DNA of 19,554 bases, from positions 1 through 19,554 of the forward strand of contig CANQQV010000023.1 in the NCBI GenBank assembly GCA_947626095.1, in the 5' to 3' direction. The notes beneath the pieces are model-generated. The model searched no databases, was not told the DNA's origin, and saw only the letters and a program-made list of their open reading frames with translations. The translations under genes were made by a program, and so were the position numbers. The stretch comes from an uncultured Bacilli bacterium. GTDB lineage: Bacteria; Bacillota_I; Bacilli_A; RF39; UBA660. Below, piece by piece: positions 7,844 through 16,319 of this stretch (position 1 is the first letter of the stretch; every line of letters starts with the position of its first letter).

Positions 7844-8662
7844 ATGAACAATGATTTTACTAAAAACGACGAAGAGTTATCATATGAAAAAGAACATAAT
7901 TGTTTGATTCTTGAAAAACATGAACAATTTTATACTATCAAAAATAATAATAGTGGCGATATCTATACTCTTGATAAAAAAGAAATTATTAAACCTAAAA
8001 GTCCTAAACAAATTATGAGTTCAATATTTGGTCTTATCTTTTTAATTTGGTTTTTCGTTTCCCTAGGTTTAATTTTCTATTTTAGCAAAATTAACCAATA
8101 CTATATGGTTATTTGTTTTGGCCAATATTTCTTAGTCTTTGGTTTAGTTGCTGTCTTTAATAAACTATGGCCCGGAATAATTTTTATCCTCGTAGGTTTA
8201 GCTTTAATCATTATTCCTCTTTTAATGATGAAACCTACTATAAATATTAATTGGGAAAAAGTTATCCCCCTATTAGTTCTTAGTGTTTTTATGATTATCG
8301 GTCTTTGTTTAATGTTTGTTCCCACAATCTTAAAAAAAGTTAAATTAAAAAAGACTACTTTAAATCTAACTGCTAAAGTAATTGGGTTAAACGAATCATA
8401 TAGTGATAATACTAAAGTTTTTGCACCTGTTTATGAATATTCTTTTAATAATAAAACTTATCAAAAAAAAGCTGACATTTATACCAATATCGATATTCCT
8501 AATATTGGTGACATTGTCAATATCATGATTAATCCTCATAATCCAGAAGAAATATACGTCAAAGAAGCTAGTAAAACCACTACTATTATTTTATCTGTAA
8601 TGGGTCTTCTATTCGTTTTCATGAGTGGTCTTAGCATATACTTATTCTTATTTGCAAAATAA
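7844..8662 (+). CDS. Membrane protein with C-terminal DUF3592-like domain
   Basis: About 4 TM helices, then A.VIG...PVYEYSFNNKTY...IGDIV.IMINP.NPE followed by a TM helix. Confidence 0.7.
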   Translation: MNNDFTKNDEELSYEKEHNCLILEKHEQFYTIKNNNSGDIYTLDKKEIIKPKSPKQIMSSIFGLIFLIWFFVSLGLIFYFSKINQYYMVICFGQYFLVFGLVAVFNKLWPGIIFILVGLALIIIPLLMMKPTININWEKVIPLLVLSVFMIIGLCLMFVPTILKKVKLKKTTLNLTAKVIGLNESYSDNTKVFAPVYEYSFNNKTYQKKADIYTNIDIPNIGDIVNIMINPHNPEEIYVKEASKTTTIILSVMGLLFVFMSGLSIYLFLFAK

Positions 8663-8671
8663 AAGACAGAA

Positions 8672-9106
8672 TTACTGTCTTTTTTCATATTCTTCTAAAG
8701 CTTTTACGATTCCACGATAAGGAATTGTTGCACATCCAACCCTATTTTGTTGTTTATAAATTTCTTCATAACAACAAGCTTCTTCAAGTAAATCTTCATT
8801 ATACTCTTTGCCTTCAACCATCTGATTATAATTATTAATTATTTCTTTAGCTTCACTAATTGTTTTACCTCTTAATAACTTAATCATAATCGATGTTGCT
8901 GAAGTTGATATTGCACATGCTTCTCCATTAAAATAAATATCTTTAATTACATCTTTATCAAATAATACATATAAATCAATATTATCAATACAAGTTTCAC
9001 TATTGGTATTTACTTTAATATAGTTAGAATCCTCAATCGTCTTACGATTTAAAGGATTTAAATAATGTTCCATTATTATTTCTTTTCTTAGATTAGGATC
9101 TAACAT
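8672..9106 (-). CDS. sufU: SUF system sulfur-transfer/scaffold protein
   Basis: IMEHYLNPLN, conserved C-x-D (TCID), GEACAISTSATS and RVGCA. Follows sufS. Confidence 0.93.
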   Translation of the reverse strand: MLDPNLRKEIIMEHYLNPLNRKTIEDSNYIKVNTNSETCIDNIDLYVLFDKDVIKDIYFNGEACAISTSATSIMIKLLRGKTISEAKEIINNYNQMVEGKEYNEDLLEEACCYEEIYKQQNRVGCATIPYRGIVKALEEYEKRQ

Positions 9107-9117
9107 TCTATCACTTC

Positions 9118-10314
9118 CTATAACATTTCATTTAGTATCTTATTTTTATCTTTTAATAACATCACTAACTTATCTAACTCTTCTTTAGTATTATAAAAAT
9201 AGATACTAATACGAACCGTATTCTTAACTCCTACTTCATTTTTTAATATTTTAGCACAATGATTACCTGCTCTTACACAAATATTATATTTATCTAAATA
9301 AACTGCTACATCTTGAGCAAATATCCCATCAACGTTAAAAGCAACTATTCCACTATCGCTTTCTTCATTAATTATTTTTATATGAGGTATTTCTTTTAAC
9401 TTATCCACTAAATATTTTCTTAAACTTCTTTCATGCTCCGTTATTTTATTCATACCTATTGCTGCAAGATACTCAATAGCTGCTCCTAAACCAATTGCTC
9501 CAGCAATATTAGGTGTTCCAGCTTCTAATCTCGTTGGTAATGGTTTTAAATAAACATCATCTATTGTATCAAATGATTCATTCATTCCGCCACCTAAGTT
9601 CTTAGGTTCAATATCATCTAATAATTCATACTTACCATATAAAACACCAATTCCTGTTGGACCACATAACTTATGTCCAGAGAAAGCTAAAAAGTCACAA
9701 TCTAAATCTTGAACATCCGTTTTTATATGCGGAACACTTTGCGCACCATCTACGACAACAAAGATATTATGTTCATGCGCAAACTTACAAATTTCTTTAA
9801 TCGGTCTTAAATCCCCAATAACATTTGTTATCATTGCTAAACTAATTACTTTCGTCTTCGCTGTCACAACTTTTTTTAAATTACTTAATGTTACATAATG
9901 ATTATCATCTAAAGGACAGTATTTAACCTTCGCCCCTACTTCTTTAGCTAATCTAAACCAAGGTAAAACATTTGAAGCGTGCTCTGCTTCGGTAATAATT
10001 ATTTCATCGTCTGCTTCAATATTATCTCTAAAGAATCCATCAACAACTAAATTAAGCGAATCAGTCGCTCCACTTGTAAAAATAACTTCTTGTCTTGTTT
10101 TTGCATTAATAAACTCTTTAACTATATCACGAGCATTTTCATATTCATTATCTACTTTTAAAGATATATTATAATCACCCCTATGGGCATTAGCTGTAAA
10201 CTTTGTATAATAATCATTTATCTTATCAATAACTACTTGCGGTTTCCATGTGGTCGCACCATTATCTAAATAGATATAACCAGTACTCACCATTGGAAAA
10301 TCTTCACGATTCAT
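9118..10314 (-). CDS. sufS: Cysteine desulfurase (SufS group)
   Basis: YLDNGATT, DGAQS, PLP lysine in FSGHK, EAGTPN, catalytic VRAGNHCA. Confidence 0.96.
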   Translation of the reverse strand: MNREDFPMVSTGYIYLDNGATTWKPQVVIDKINDYYTKFTANAHRGDYNISLKVDNEYENARDIVKEFINAKTRQEVIFTSGATDSLNLVVDGFFRDNIEADDEIIITEAEHASNVLPWFRLAKEVGAKVKYCPLDDNHYVTLSNLKKVVTAKTKVISLAMITNVIGDLRPIKEICKFAHEHNIFVVVDGAQSVPHIKTDVQDLDCDFLAFSGHKLCGPTGIGVLYGKYELLDDIEPKNLGGGMNESFDTIDDVYLKPLPTRLEAGTPNIAGAIGLGAAIEYLAAIGMNKITEHERSLRKYLVDKLKEIPHIKIINEESDSGIVAFNVDGIFAQDVAVYLDKYNICVRAGNHCAKILKNEVGVKNTVRISIYFYNTKEELDKLVMLLKDKNKILNEML

Positions 10315-10317
10315 TTA

Positions 10318-11010
10318 TTATTCACCTCCTATAAACTCTTTTATTTGATCACTTAATTCTTTATTACTTGCTAAATTACTTAAAAGATAACCATTCTTAA
10401 CTAATTTCGTAGCATTCTCATTACTTATTCCTTTACTATTTAAATAAAACATATAATCTTTAGGAATTGAACTAATTGTTGCAGCATGATTAACTTCTAT
10501 TTCATTAGAAGCAACTAATAAATTAGGTATACATCTACTTTCTTCATTATTTAAAACTAATACTTTAATACTTTCAATTAAGTTATTTTCTTTTATCTTT
10601 GGTTTAGTATCAGCAGTTGACTCAATAATAGCTGCGCCCTTATCTTCCGTTACTGCAGCTACTTTAATCTCCGTTTCATTATTATCTCCCGTTAAATTAC
10701 AATCAAACTTCAAATTACATTCATCATGCGCTATAAATGAATAATTAAAATTTACTTTACTATCTTGATGTTGATTAATAATTATATGATTATTCATCAT
10801 CTTATGTATCATAAAACGATTATATATTAAAGAACTATGTGGTAAAACATTAATTGTCAAATGAAAATTTTCATCTTCATTCTTTTGCACTTCTTGTAAC
10901 AATACTTTTCCCTGACAATTAATTGTTAAATTAGATGTTTTAATATCTAAAATTAAAGCGTTATCTTTTATATCTATATTATTTTCTTTATCTATTACTA
11001 GTTTATTCAT
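10318..11010 (-). CDS. sufD: Short SufD-like Fe-S assembly protein
   Basis: C-terminal P.L......V.HAATI.......FYL.SKGI...A..L...G motif. Sits between sufC and sufS. Only 230 aa. Confidence 0.85.
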   Translation of the reverse strand: MNKLVIDKENNIDIKDNALILDIKTSNLTINCQGKVLLQEVQKNEDENFHLTINVLPHSSLIYNRFMIHKMMNNHIIINQHQDSKVNFNYSFIAHDECNLKFDCNLTGDNNETEIKVAAVTEDKGAAIIESTADTKPKIKENNLIESIKVLVLNNEESRCIPNLLVASNEIEVNHAATISSIPKDYMFYLNSKGISNENATKLVKNGYLLSNLASNKELSDQIKEFIGGE

Positions 11011-11014
11011 TTTT

Positions 11015-11767
11015 TTAATTTCTTTCTATATCATTTTCATCAAGAAACTCTTTAAAACCGTACTTTTCAATTTCACTTGCTAAACTAGCATCACCCGTTT
11101 TAACTATTTTCTTATCAGCTAAAATATGTATATAAGTTGGTTTTAATATTTCTAATAATTTTGGATTATGCGTAATTAATAATATAGAACAATTAGTTTC
11201 TTCTTGATATTCTTTAATTGAATTAGCAACTAATTTTAAAGCATCAACATCTAATCCTGAATCAACTTCATCTAAAATCAAGAAACTAGGTTTTAACATC
11301 CAAATGTGTAATAACTCATTTTTCTTTCTTTCGCCACCAGACATTCCACTATTAATATCACGATGTAAAAAACTTTCAGGTATTGATAACTTTTCACATA
11401 TCTCTCTAGCTTGTTTAGAAAACTTAAAGATATCAATATGTTCTCCTGTTTTTTCTGATAAAGCCATACGTAACATTTCTGCATTAGTAACCCCTTCAAT
11501 CGCAATTGGACTTTGACTAATCATCATCATTCCTAAGCGACTTATTTCTGTCGTTGTTAAATCTTTTAAATTATGATCATTATAATTTATTTCTCCAGCT
11601 GTTACTGTATAATTAGGATCTTTTAAAATAGCACGACAAATCGTACTTTTACCAGCCCCATTAGTTCCCATTAAAACATGAGTTTCCCCATCTTTAATTT
11701 CTAAAGAAAAATCTTTTAATATTTCTTTATTATCAGCATAAACAGTTAATTTATCGATTTTTAACAT
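11015..11767 (-). CDS. sufC: Fe-S cluster assembly ATPase
   Basis: Walker A GTNGAGKST, SGGERKKNE, ILDEVDSGLDVDAL, LLITH. Confidence 0.96.
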   Translation of the reverse strand: MLKIDKLTVYADNKEILKDFSLEIKDGETHVLMGTNGAGKSTICRAILKDPNYTVTAGEINYNDHNLKDLTTTEISRLGMMMISQSPIAIEGVTNAEMLRMALSEKTGEHIDIFKFSKQAREICEKLSIPESFLHRDINSGMSGGERKKNELLHIWMLKPSFLILDEVDSGLDVDALKLVANSIKEYQEETNCSILLITHNPKLLEILKPTYIHILADKKIVKTGDASLASEIEKYGFKEFLDENDIERN

Positions 11768-11785
11768 TTGGCATCACCTTTAGTT

Positions 11786-11814
11786 ATTTTAGCATTTTTT
11801 TTATTATTAGTCTA
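11786..11814 (-). promoter_or_regulatory. Sigma-A promoter of the suf operon
   Basis: TAGACT-N17-TAAAAT with TGn extension; RBS AAGGTGA downstream. Confidence 0.6.
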
Positions 11815-11828
11815 TAAAAGTCCAAATT

Positions 11829-11848
11829 AAAAAGGAGCTTACTCCTTT
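11829..11848 (-). terminator. Terminator overlapping the Nudix stop codon
   Basis: Minus strand AAAGGAG-TAAG-CTCCTTT-TT. Confidence 0.65.
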
Positions 11849-12483
11849 ACAATATTAGACCACTTTATTTTATCTAATGGTTCATTATTCATATACATCT
11901 TAACTAACAATAAATAATTTAAATATAAATGATCATCTTCTATATAAGCTTTAATAAAATCGTCTTCTCCAAATTCTTTAATACCATCTTTAGTTAATCC
12001 TTTAATTATCGTTGGCTTTTTAACAAAATTAATTAATTCGTCAATATCAAATTGGACAAAATATAATACTTCATCATCAACACTTTTTAATTCTTCTAAA
12101 TTAAATTTACTATCATAAATAAAAAGATGGGAAAACTCTCTTATCTGATAATTATCATTAATATATTTATCTATTCTACGTATTCCTACGTATACAAGTT
12201 TATCAAAAGGAACATCTAAAGAAGCCTCTTCTTTAATCTCACGTACTCCATCTTCTACTTTTTCTCCTTTAAGTAAATGTCCCCCAACAGAGATATCTAT
12301 TTTATTCTTATGCGCTACATCATTATGTGAAGCATTTTTATATTGTAAATAAACTTTATTTTCTTCCGTATCAACTAATAAACACGAAAAAACTTGGTGC
12401 CATAATCCTTTTTCATGAACTTCTTTTTTTGTTGCCTTTCCTATTAAATGATAATCTTCATCAAAAACATCAACATATTCCAT
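11839..12483 (-). CDS. Nudix hydrolase (IDI-like subfamily)
   Basis: DVFDED...H.KGLWH N-terminus; Nudix box GHLLKGE-x6-REIKEEASL; REF.H.F. Confidence 0.9.
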   Translation of the reverse strand: MEYVDVFDEDYHLIGKATKKEVHEKGLWHQVFSCLLVDTEENKVYLQYKNASHNDVAHKNKIDISVGGHLLKGEKVEDGVREIKEEASLDVPFDKLVYVGIRRIDKYINDNYQIREFSHLFIYDSKFNLEELKSVDDEVLYFVQFDIDELINFVKKPTIIKGLTKDGIKEFGEDDFIKAYIEDDHLYLNYLLLVKMYMNNEPLDKIKWSNIVKE

Positions 12484-12484
12484 A

Positions 12485-13030
12485 TTATTTACCTATACTC
12501 TTTTTAATAAAGTTAGTTGCATCATCATACATCGTATCAAACTCACTTAAAATATTTAAATTATATTTATCAGCGATATTAGATACTATAATAAACATTT
12601 TTATTATACGATCAGTAATAAACTCTTTATGAGTTGCAAATCCCGGACGAGCTTTAGCAAAACGATATTCGTAATCTTCTAGAAATACTTCTGTTAATTG
12701 ACCAAATAAAATACTTAAACCTTCTAATCTATCATATGTATAATCTTGATAATTATCTAAAGAAGAAAAATCAATTTTCTCTAAATAAGAAAGATATGAT
12801 AATTGTAATAAGACATCACTTATCTCATCGCCTAAATTATCTATTACACGACCTTCTTCATTAATCGCCTCATTACTTGTAAAAACATTATATAGATGAT
12901 TTAACTGAATATTAAGTTCTAATAAAACAGTTAAACTATTCCAGTCTTTCTTTTCTAAAACTTTAAATTGTTCTTTTAAAGATACAGCTTTTTCTAACTT
13001 CGTATCGATAAACTTTCTAATGTTTTTCAT
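12485..13030 (-). CDS. MazG-like all-alpha NTP pyrophosphohydrolase-fold protein, apparently two internal repeats
   Basis: W...LLELNIQL..L and NLGDEISDVLLQL motifs. The degenerate second half (GQLTE...IADKYNLNI) resembles the MazG C-terminal helices. Confidence 0.6.
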   Translation of the reverse strand: MKNIRKFIDTKLEKAVSLKEQFKVLEKKDWNSLTVLLELNIQLNHLYNVFTSNEAINEEGRVIDNLGDEISDVLLQLSYLSYLEKIDFSSLDNYQDYTYDRLEGLSILFGQLTEVFLEDYEYRFAKARPGFATHKEFITDRIIKMFIIVSNIADKYNLNILSEFDTMYDDATNFIKKSIGK

Positions 13031-13050
13031 TTTTTCGCCCCTTTAAATAA

Positions 13051-13094
13051 AAAAGTTAGTATAAACATTATACTACTTTTTATTTTATTATCAA
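13051..13094 (-). promoter_or_regulatory. Internal promoter overlapping an inverted repeat (terminator or operator) between radical SAM and MazG-like genes
   Basis: TTGATA(13094-13089)-N16-TATAAT(13072-13067). The perfect 8-bp inverted repeat TAGTATAA-N3-TTATACTA (13057-13075) is followed by a T-run on the minus strand. Confidence 0.55.
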
Positions 13095-14189
13095 ATATTT
13101 TGCACTAGTAAATGATGAATTAAAGACATTATCATCATCTCTCTTCTTATCAATCGTAACTTTTTTACCTAAAGCAAAAGTTAAATAAGAAGCATCTCCT
13201 GCTTTAATATCCGCATTTTTAATTAAAATACCATTATCTTCGATAATAACTTCCATACCATCTGTATCAATATTTAAACGAACTAATAAATTATGTAATT
13301 TATCTTTTATATCACTATTACTATTTTTAAAACTAGCACATAACGCTCTTTGTTCTTTAGAACAGTGATTATACTTTTGGCATTCTATTGTTCCATAATA
13401 ACCTGGACTAGGTCTTTTTAAAGTTTCTGCTAAAGCACATGTATTAGTTTGAAAATTATTTTGCGTATGTGTATAATTTTCAAACAAATAATTATAAGCT
13501 TGTTCTGGCCATAAACTAATAGCTTTTAAACATTCATCTTTTTTAGTCTTTGTTACATCCCAAAAATCTATTTTATCAATAAAATCTTTTCTTAAAGCTA
13601 AACCAGTTGTTACTGAAACATTTGTATATTGTGATACAAAATCTAAAATTTCTTTAATTTTTTTAGGATCAGAATTCTCTGGTAAAAATGGTCTAAAATA
13701 ATGAACTATTGGAATATTATTTTCATGTAATCTCTTAAAATTACTTTTTATATCTTCATAATTAATATTCGGTTCATATTTTTTTCCTAAACCTGAATAA
13801 CTTAAATAAATAACGAATTTCATTCCCTTATCGATTAAAGACTTAAGATAATCAATAAACTCATCGGAAATAAAACACTTCGTTATTAAAATTATTGGAT
13901 TAAAAAACTTCTTACTAGCTAATTCACTAATTAATTCTTTCGTATAACTAATATTACTATTATTCAAAAAAGGATCAGTATTAGGTAATAAACATACTGG
14001 AATATTTTCATTATAATATTTAGATTTACTTAATTTATCAATTGCTTCAGAAGCCGGAACTAAAATTCTTGGTTTACTTAAATTATCACCAGTTGCTTGT
14101 AAAAAACAATACTTACAACCATTTGTACAACCAACTATGGAATTAACGGCAAGCCAAGTATCATGCATTTGAATTATATTGTCTTCCAT
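13080..14189 (-). CDS. Radical SAM enzyme, SplB/photolyase-like subgroup, with extra C-terminal Cys cluster
   Basis: C21xxxC25xxC28 (CTNGCKYC), NTDPF, ITK, SYSGL...EP and YFRPFLP motifs. Additional C-x18-C-x5-C-x7-C motif. Confidence 0.9.
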   Translation of the reverse strand: MEDNIIQMHDTWLAVNSIVGCTNGCKYCFLQATGDNLSKPRILVPASEAIDKLSKSKYYNENIPVCLLPNTDPFLNNSNISYTKELISELASKKFFNPIILITKCFISDEFIDYLKSLIDKGMKFVIYLSYSGLGKKYEPNINYEDIKSNFKRLHENNIPIVHYFRPFLPENSDPKKIKEILDFVSQYTNVSVTTGLALRKDFIDKIDFWDVTKTKKDECLKAISLWPEQAYNYLFENYTHTQNNFQTNTCALAETLKRPSPGYYGTIECQKYNHCSKEQRALCASFKNSNSDIKDKLHNLLVRLNIDTDGMEVIIEDNGILIKNADIKAGDASYLTFALGKKVTIDKKRDDDNVFNSSFTSAKYLIIK

Positions 14190-14218
14190 TATTTATCACC
14201 TTTCTAAATCACTTCATA

Positions 14219-14283
14219 AATATATCATTTTCAAAATATAACTAAAAGAACAAATAAATTATATACCTATAATTTATAGTTAT
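14219..14283 (-). promoter_or_regulatory. Radical SAM cassette promoter with LysR-type binding site
   Basis: Extended -10 TGaTATATT (14227-14219), weak -35. ATAA-N7-TTAT (T-N11-A) at 14283-14269, centred near -64. Overlapping 10-bp inverted repeat at 14254-14277. Confidence 0.55.
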
Positions 14284-14291
14284 ATCTAAAA

Positions 14292-15191
14292 TTAATCAAT
14301 ATGAGTAATTAAATTAATAAATTCTTTAGATGAATTAGTTAATGTTGTTTCATTATAAACAATCGTAATTGGTTCACGTGGTAATTCCTCAACCAACTCA
14401 ATTATTTGTAAAGAATCATCTGTTTTAGCTATACTCTCTAACATATAACCAATTCCCATTCCCTCTTTAACATAGTTTAACATCATTTCATTTGTTTCTA
14501 ATTCCATAATGGGATCAGTTGTTAAACCTTTACGATTAAAGCATTCTTCAATTTGTTTTCTTTGTTCTGTCGTTTTAACTGGTAACAAAAGCGGCTTCGT
14601 CGATAATTCTTCTAAATTAGAAACTTTTGGATCTTCAAATTTATCTTTATTATAAACAAAGCAATACTTTTCATGCGCTATTTCTATTGCCTTTAAATCT
14701 TTAGCATTTTTTATATAATTAGTATATCCTGGAATAACTAATAAATCTAAAGTATGTTGATAAAATAAATCAAATAAAGTATCTGTATCACGATTAGTCA
14801 TCTTTATAACAATATTAGGATGCTCTTGCATAAACTTTTTGACATAATCATTTAAATAATAAACACTAATATAAGTAGGAACGCCTATTGAGACTTTACC
14901 TTTCATTAACTCTTTTCCTTCTTGTAATTCTTTTTCGCCAAGCATTAAAAAATTATAAGCCTTTTCCACATAATTAAATAATGCTTTTGCTTCTGGTGTT
15001 AATTCTATTCCACGATTTGTACGATAGAATAACAATGTATTAAGTTCATATTCTAAATTCTGAATATGTTTAGAAATTGCTGGTTGCGATATATGTAATG
15101 TTCTAGATGATTCAGAAAAACTCTTTGTCTTTGCTACAACATAAAATACCCTGTACAAGTTAAGGTTTAGATTATTACATGGTAATGCCAT
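14292..15191 (-). CDS. LysR-family transcriptional regulator
   Basis: HTH YRVFYVVA...SFS.....L.ISQPAISKHI..LE..L...LFYR..RG..LT; 299 aa with effector-binding domain. Confidence 0.96.
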   Translation of the reverse strand: MALPCNNLNLNLYRVFYVVAKTKSFSESSRTLHISQPAISKHIQNLEYELNTLLFYRTNRGIELTPEAKALFNYVEKAYNFLMLGEKELQEGKELMKGKVSIGVPTYISVYYLNDYVKKFMQEHPNIVIKMTNRDTDTLFDLFYQHTLDLLVIPGYTNYIKNAKDLKAIEIAHEKYCFVYNKDKFEDPKVSNLEELSTKPLLLPVKTTEQRKQIEECFNRKGLTTDPIMELETNEMMLNYVKEGMGIGYMLESIAKTDDSLQIIELVEELPREPITIVYNETTLTNSSKEFINLITHID

Positions 15192-15220
15192 AAATAAGCC
15201 CCCCTTTGGAATTGGTTTTT

Positions 15221-15248
15221 ATTATAAGCATTTTATTTTGTTTGTCAA
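15221..15248 (-). promoter_or_regulatory. Sigma-A promoter of the LysR gene
   Basis: Consensus TTGACA-N16-TATAAT; RBS AAAGGGGG downstream. Confidence 0.8.
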
Positions 15249-15268
15249 GATTTGCTATAACTAAAAAT

Positions 15269-15304
15269 AAAAACAACTATAATTTTTCGTTATAGTTGTT
15301 TTTT
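15269..15304 (-). terminator. Rho-independent terminator (potentially bidirectional)
   Basis: 14-bp inverted repeat AAAAACAACTATAA / TTATAGTTGTTTTT just after the stop at 15310. Confidence 0.8.
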
Positions 15305-15309
15305 CTCTC

Positions 15310-16260
15310 TTAAAGGGCTTTTAACCATTTATCTAAATCTTCTTTAGTTGTTGTTCTTGAAAGCTCAGCAGTTATATAACCATCTTTAATACTAAATATC
15401 GTTGGTGTATGTTGAACGTGATAATATGATGCCAATCTCTGTGCTTCATCATCGCTTAAAGTAGTAACATTTATACGATAAGCTACTTTATCATTTTCTG
15501 CGAATACTTCATCAACTATTGGTTCATAAGCCGCACTATAATAACAATTTGTACTAGCTATCAAAACAACCATATCTTCTTTATCAACAATTTTTTTTTC
15601 CAAATCAGCTAAAGAAATTGTTTCAATATGTTCATAATCTTCTTCCAAAGATTCTGGTTCTTGCTTTGAAGTTAATTCACCATCATTTTTTATTACTTTA
15701 TTTACTTTCTGATATATATTTTCTTTTAAATTTTGCGTTGAAGAATTAATATTTTCATTATTTACTACATAACAAGTAGCTGCTATTAAAATAACAACAA
15801 TTGCAATAATTAATAAGACAATAACTGCTCTTTTTGTTTTACTTCTTTTAATAACCTTATCTTCTAAAACAACATTATCCTCTTCTAACTTGTCAACGAC
15901 ATCATCAAGATTCTTATCTTGTACTCCATCAAAAATAATTGTTTTTTCTAATGCTTCATGCTTTTCAGCTGCAGAATCTACTACTTCTTTTTCTACTTCT
16001 TTAGGTGAAACTTCTTCAAGTAATGCTTTTTCTTCGACTTCTTTTTTAACCTCTGTTACTGATTTTTCTTCTTTTGGTGTTACTTTAGTTTGTGGTTTCT
16101 TTACTGCTGAAGTTTTCTTGTTTTGACTATAGTTTTTACCATTTCTATTCCCTGTATTTGTTCTTCGACGACTACTTTGTCCTTTACGATTAGTAGTTCT
16201 TTTAGCTTGTGTCTTACCTGTTGCTTTTGCCTTCGTATTTTTCTTTTTTTCTTCCGCCAT
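15310..16260 (-). CDS. Single-pass membrane protein with C-terminal thioredoxin-like domain (CxxS)
   Basis: Basic then acidic N-terminal region, one TM helix, thioredoxin fold (STNCYYS; cis-Pro motif HTPTI). Start placed at ATG 16260 because AGGTGA lies 5 nt upstream; the ORF track uses GTG 16269. Confidence 0.75.
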   Translation of the reverse strand: MAEEKKKNTKAKATGKTQAKRTTNRKGQSSRRRTNTGNRNGKNYSQNKKTSAVKKPQTKVTPKEEKSVTEVKKEVEEKALLEEVSPKEVEKEVVDSAAEKHEALEKTIIFDGVQDKNLDDVVDKLEEDNVVLEDKVIKRSKTKRAVIVLLIIAIVVILIAATCYVVNNENINSSTQNLKENIYQKVNKVIKNDGELTSKQEPESLEEDYEHIETISLADLEKKIVDKEDMVVLIASTNCYYSAAYEPIVDEVFAENDKVAYRINVTTLSDDEAQRLASYYHVQHTPTIFSIKDGYITAELSRTTTKEDLDKWLKAL

Positions 16261-16319
16261 TTTACTCACCTATCATTCTTTATATATTTTATCATCTTTT
16301 TTACAGAAAAAAAAGGTTT

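Noticed and set aside
8101-8325. 74-aa minus-strand ORF
   Set aside because: Antisense to the hydrophobic part of the membrane protein; no supporting signal.
11293-12632. Small alternative ORFs (11293-11505, 11304-11516, 12327-12632)
   Set aside because: Overlap well-supported sufC, Nudix and MazG-like genes; no motifs.
13080-14189. Calling the radical SAM gene splB or viperin
   Set aside because: It has only the general SplB-like motif layout, plus an extra Cys domain and a different gene context. The viperin-type N-terminal motif (NxHxxxxCNYxCxFCF) is not matched.
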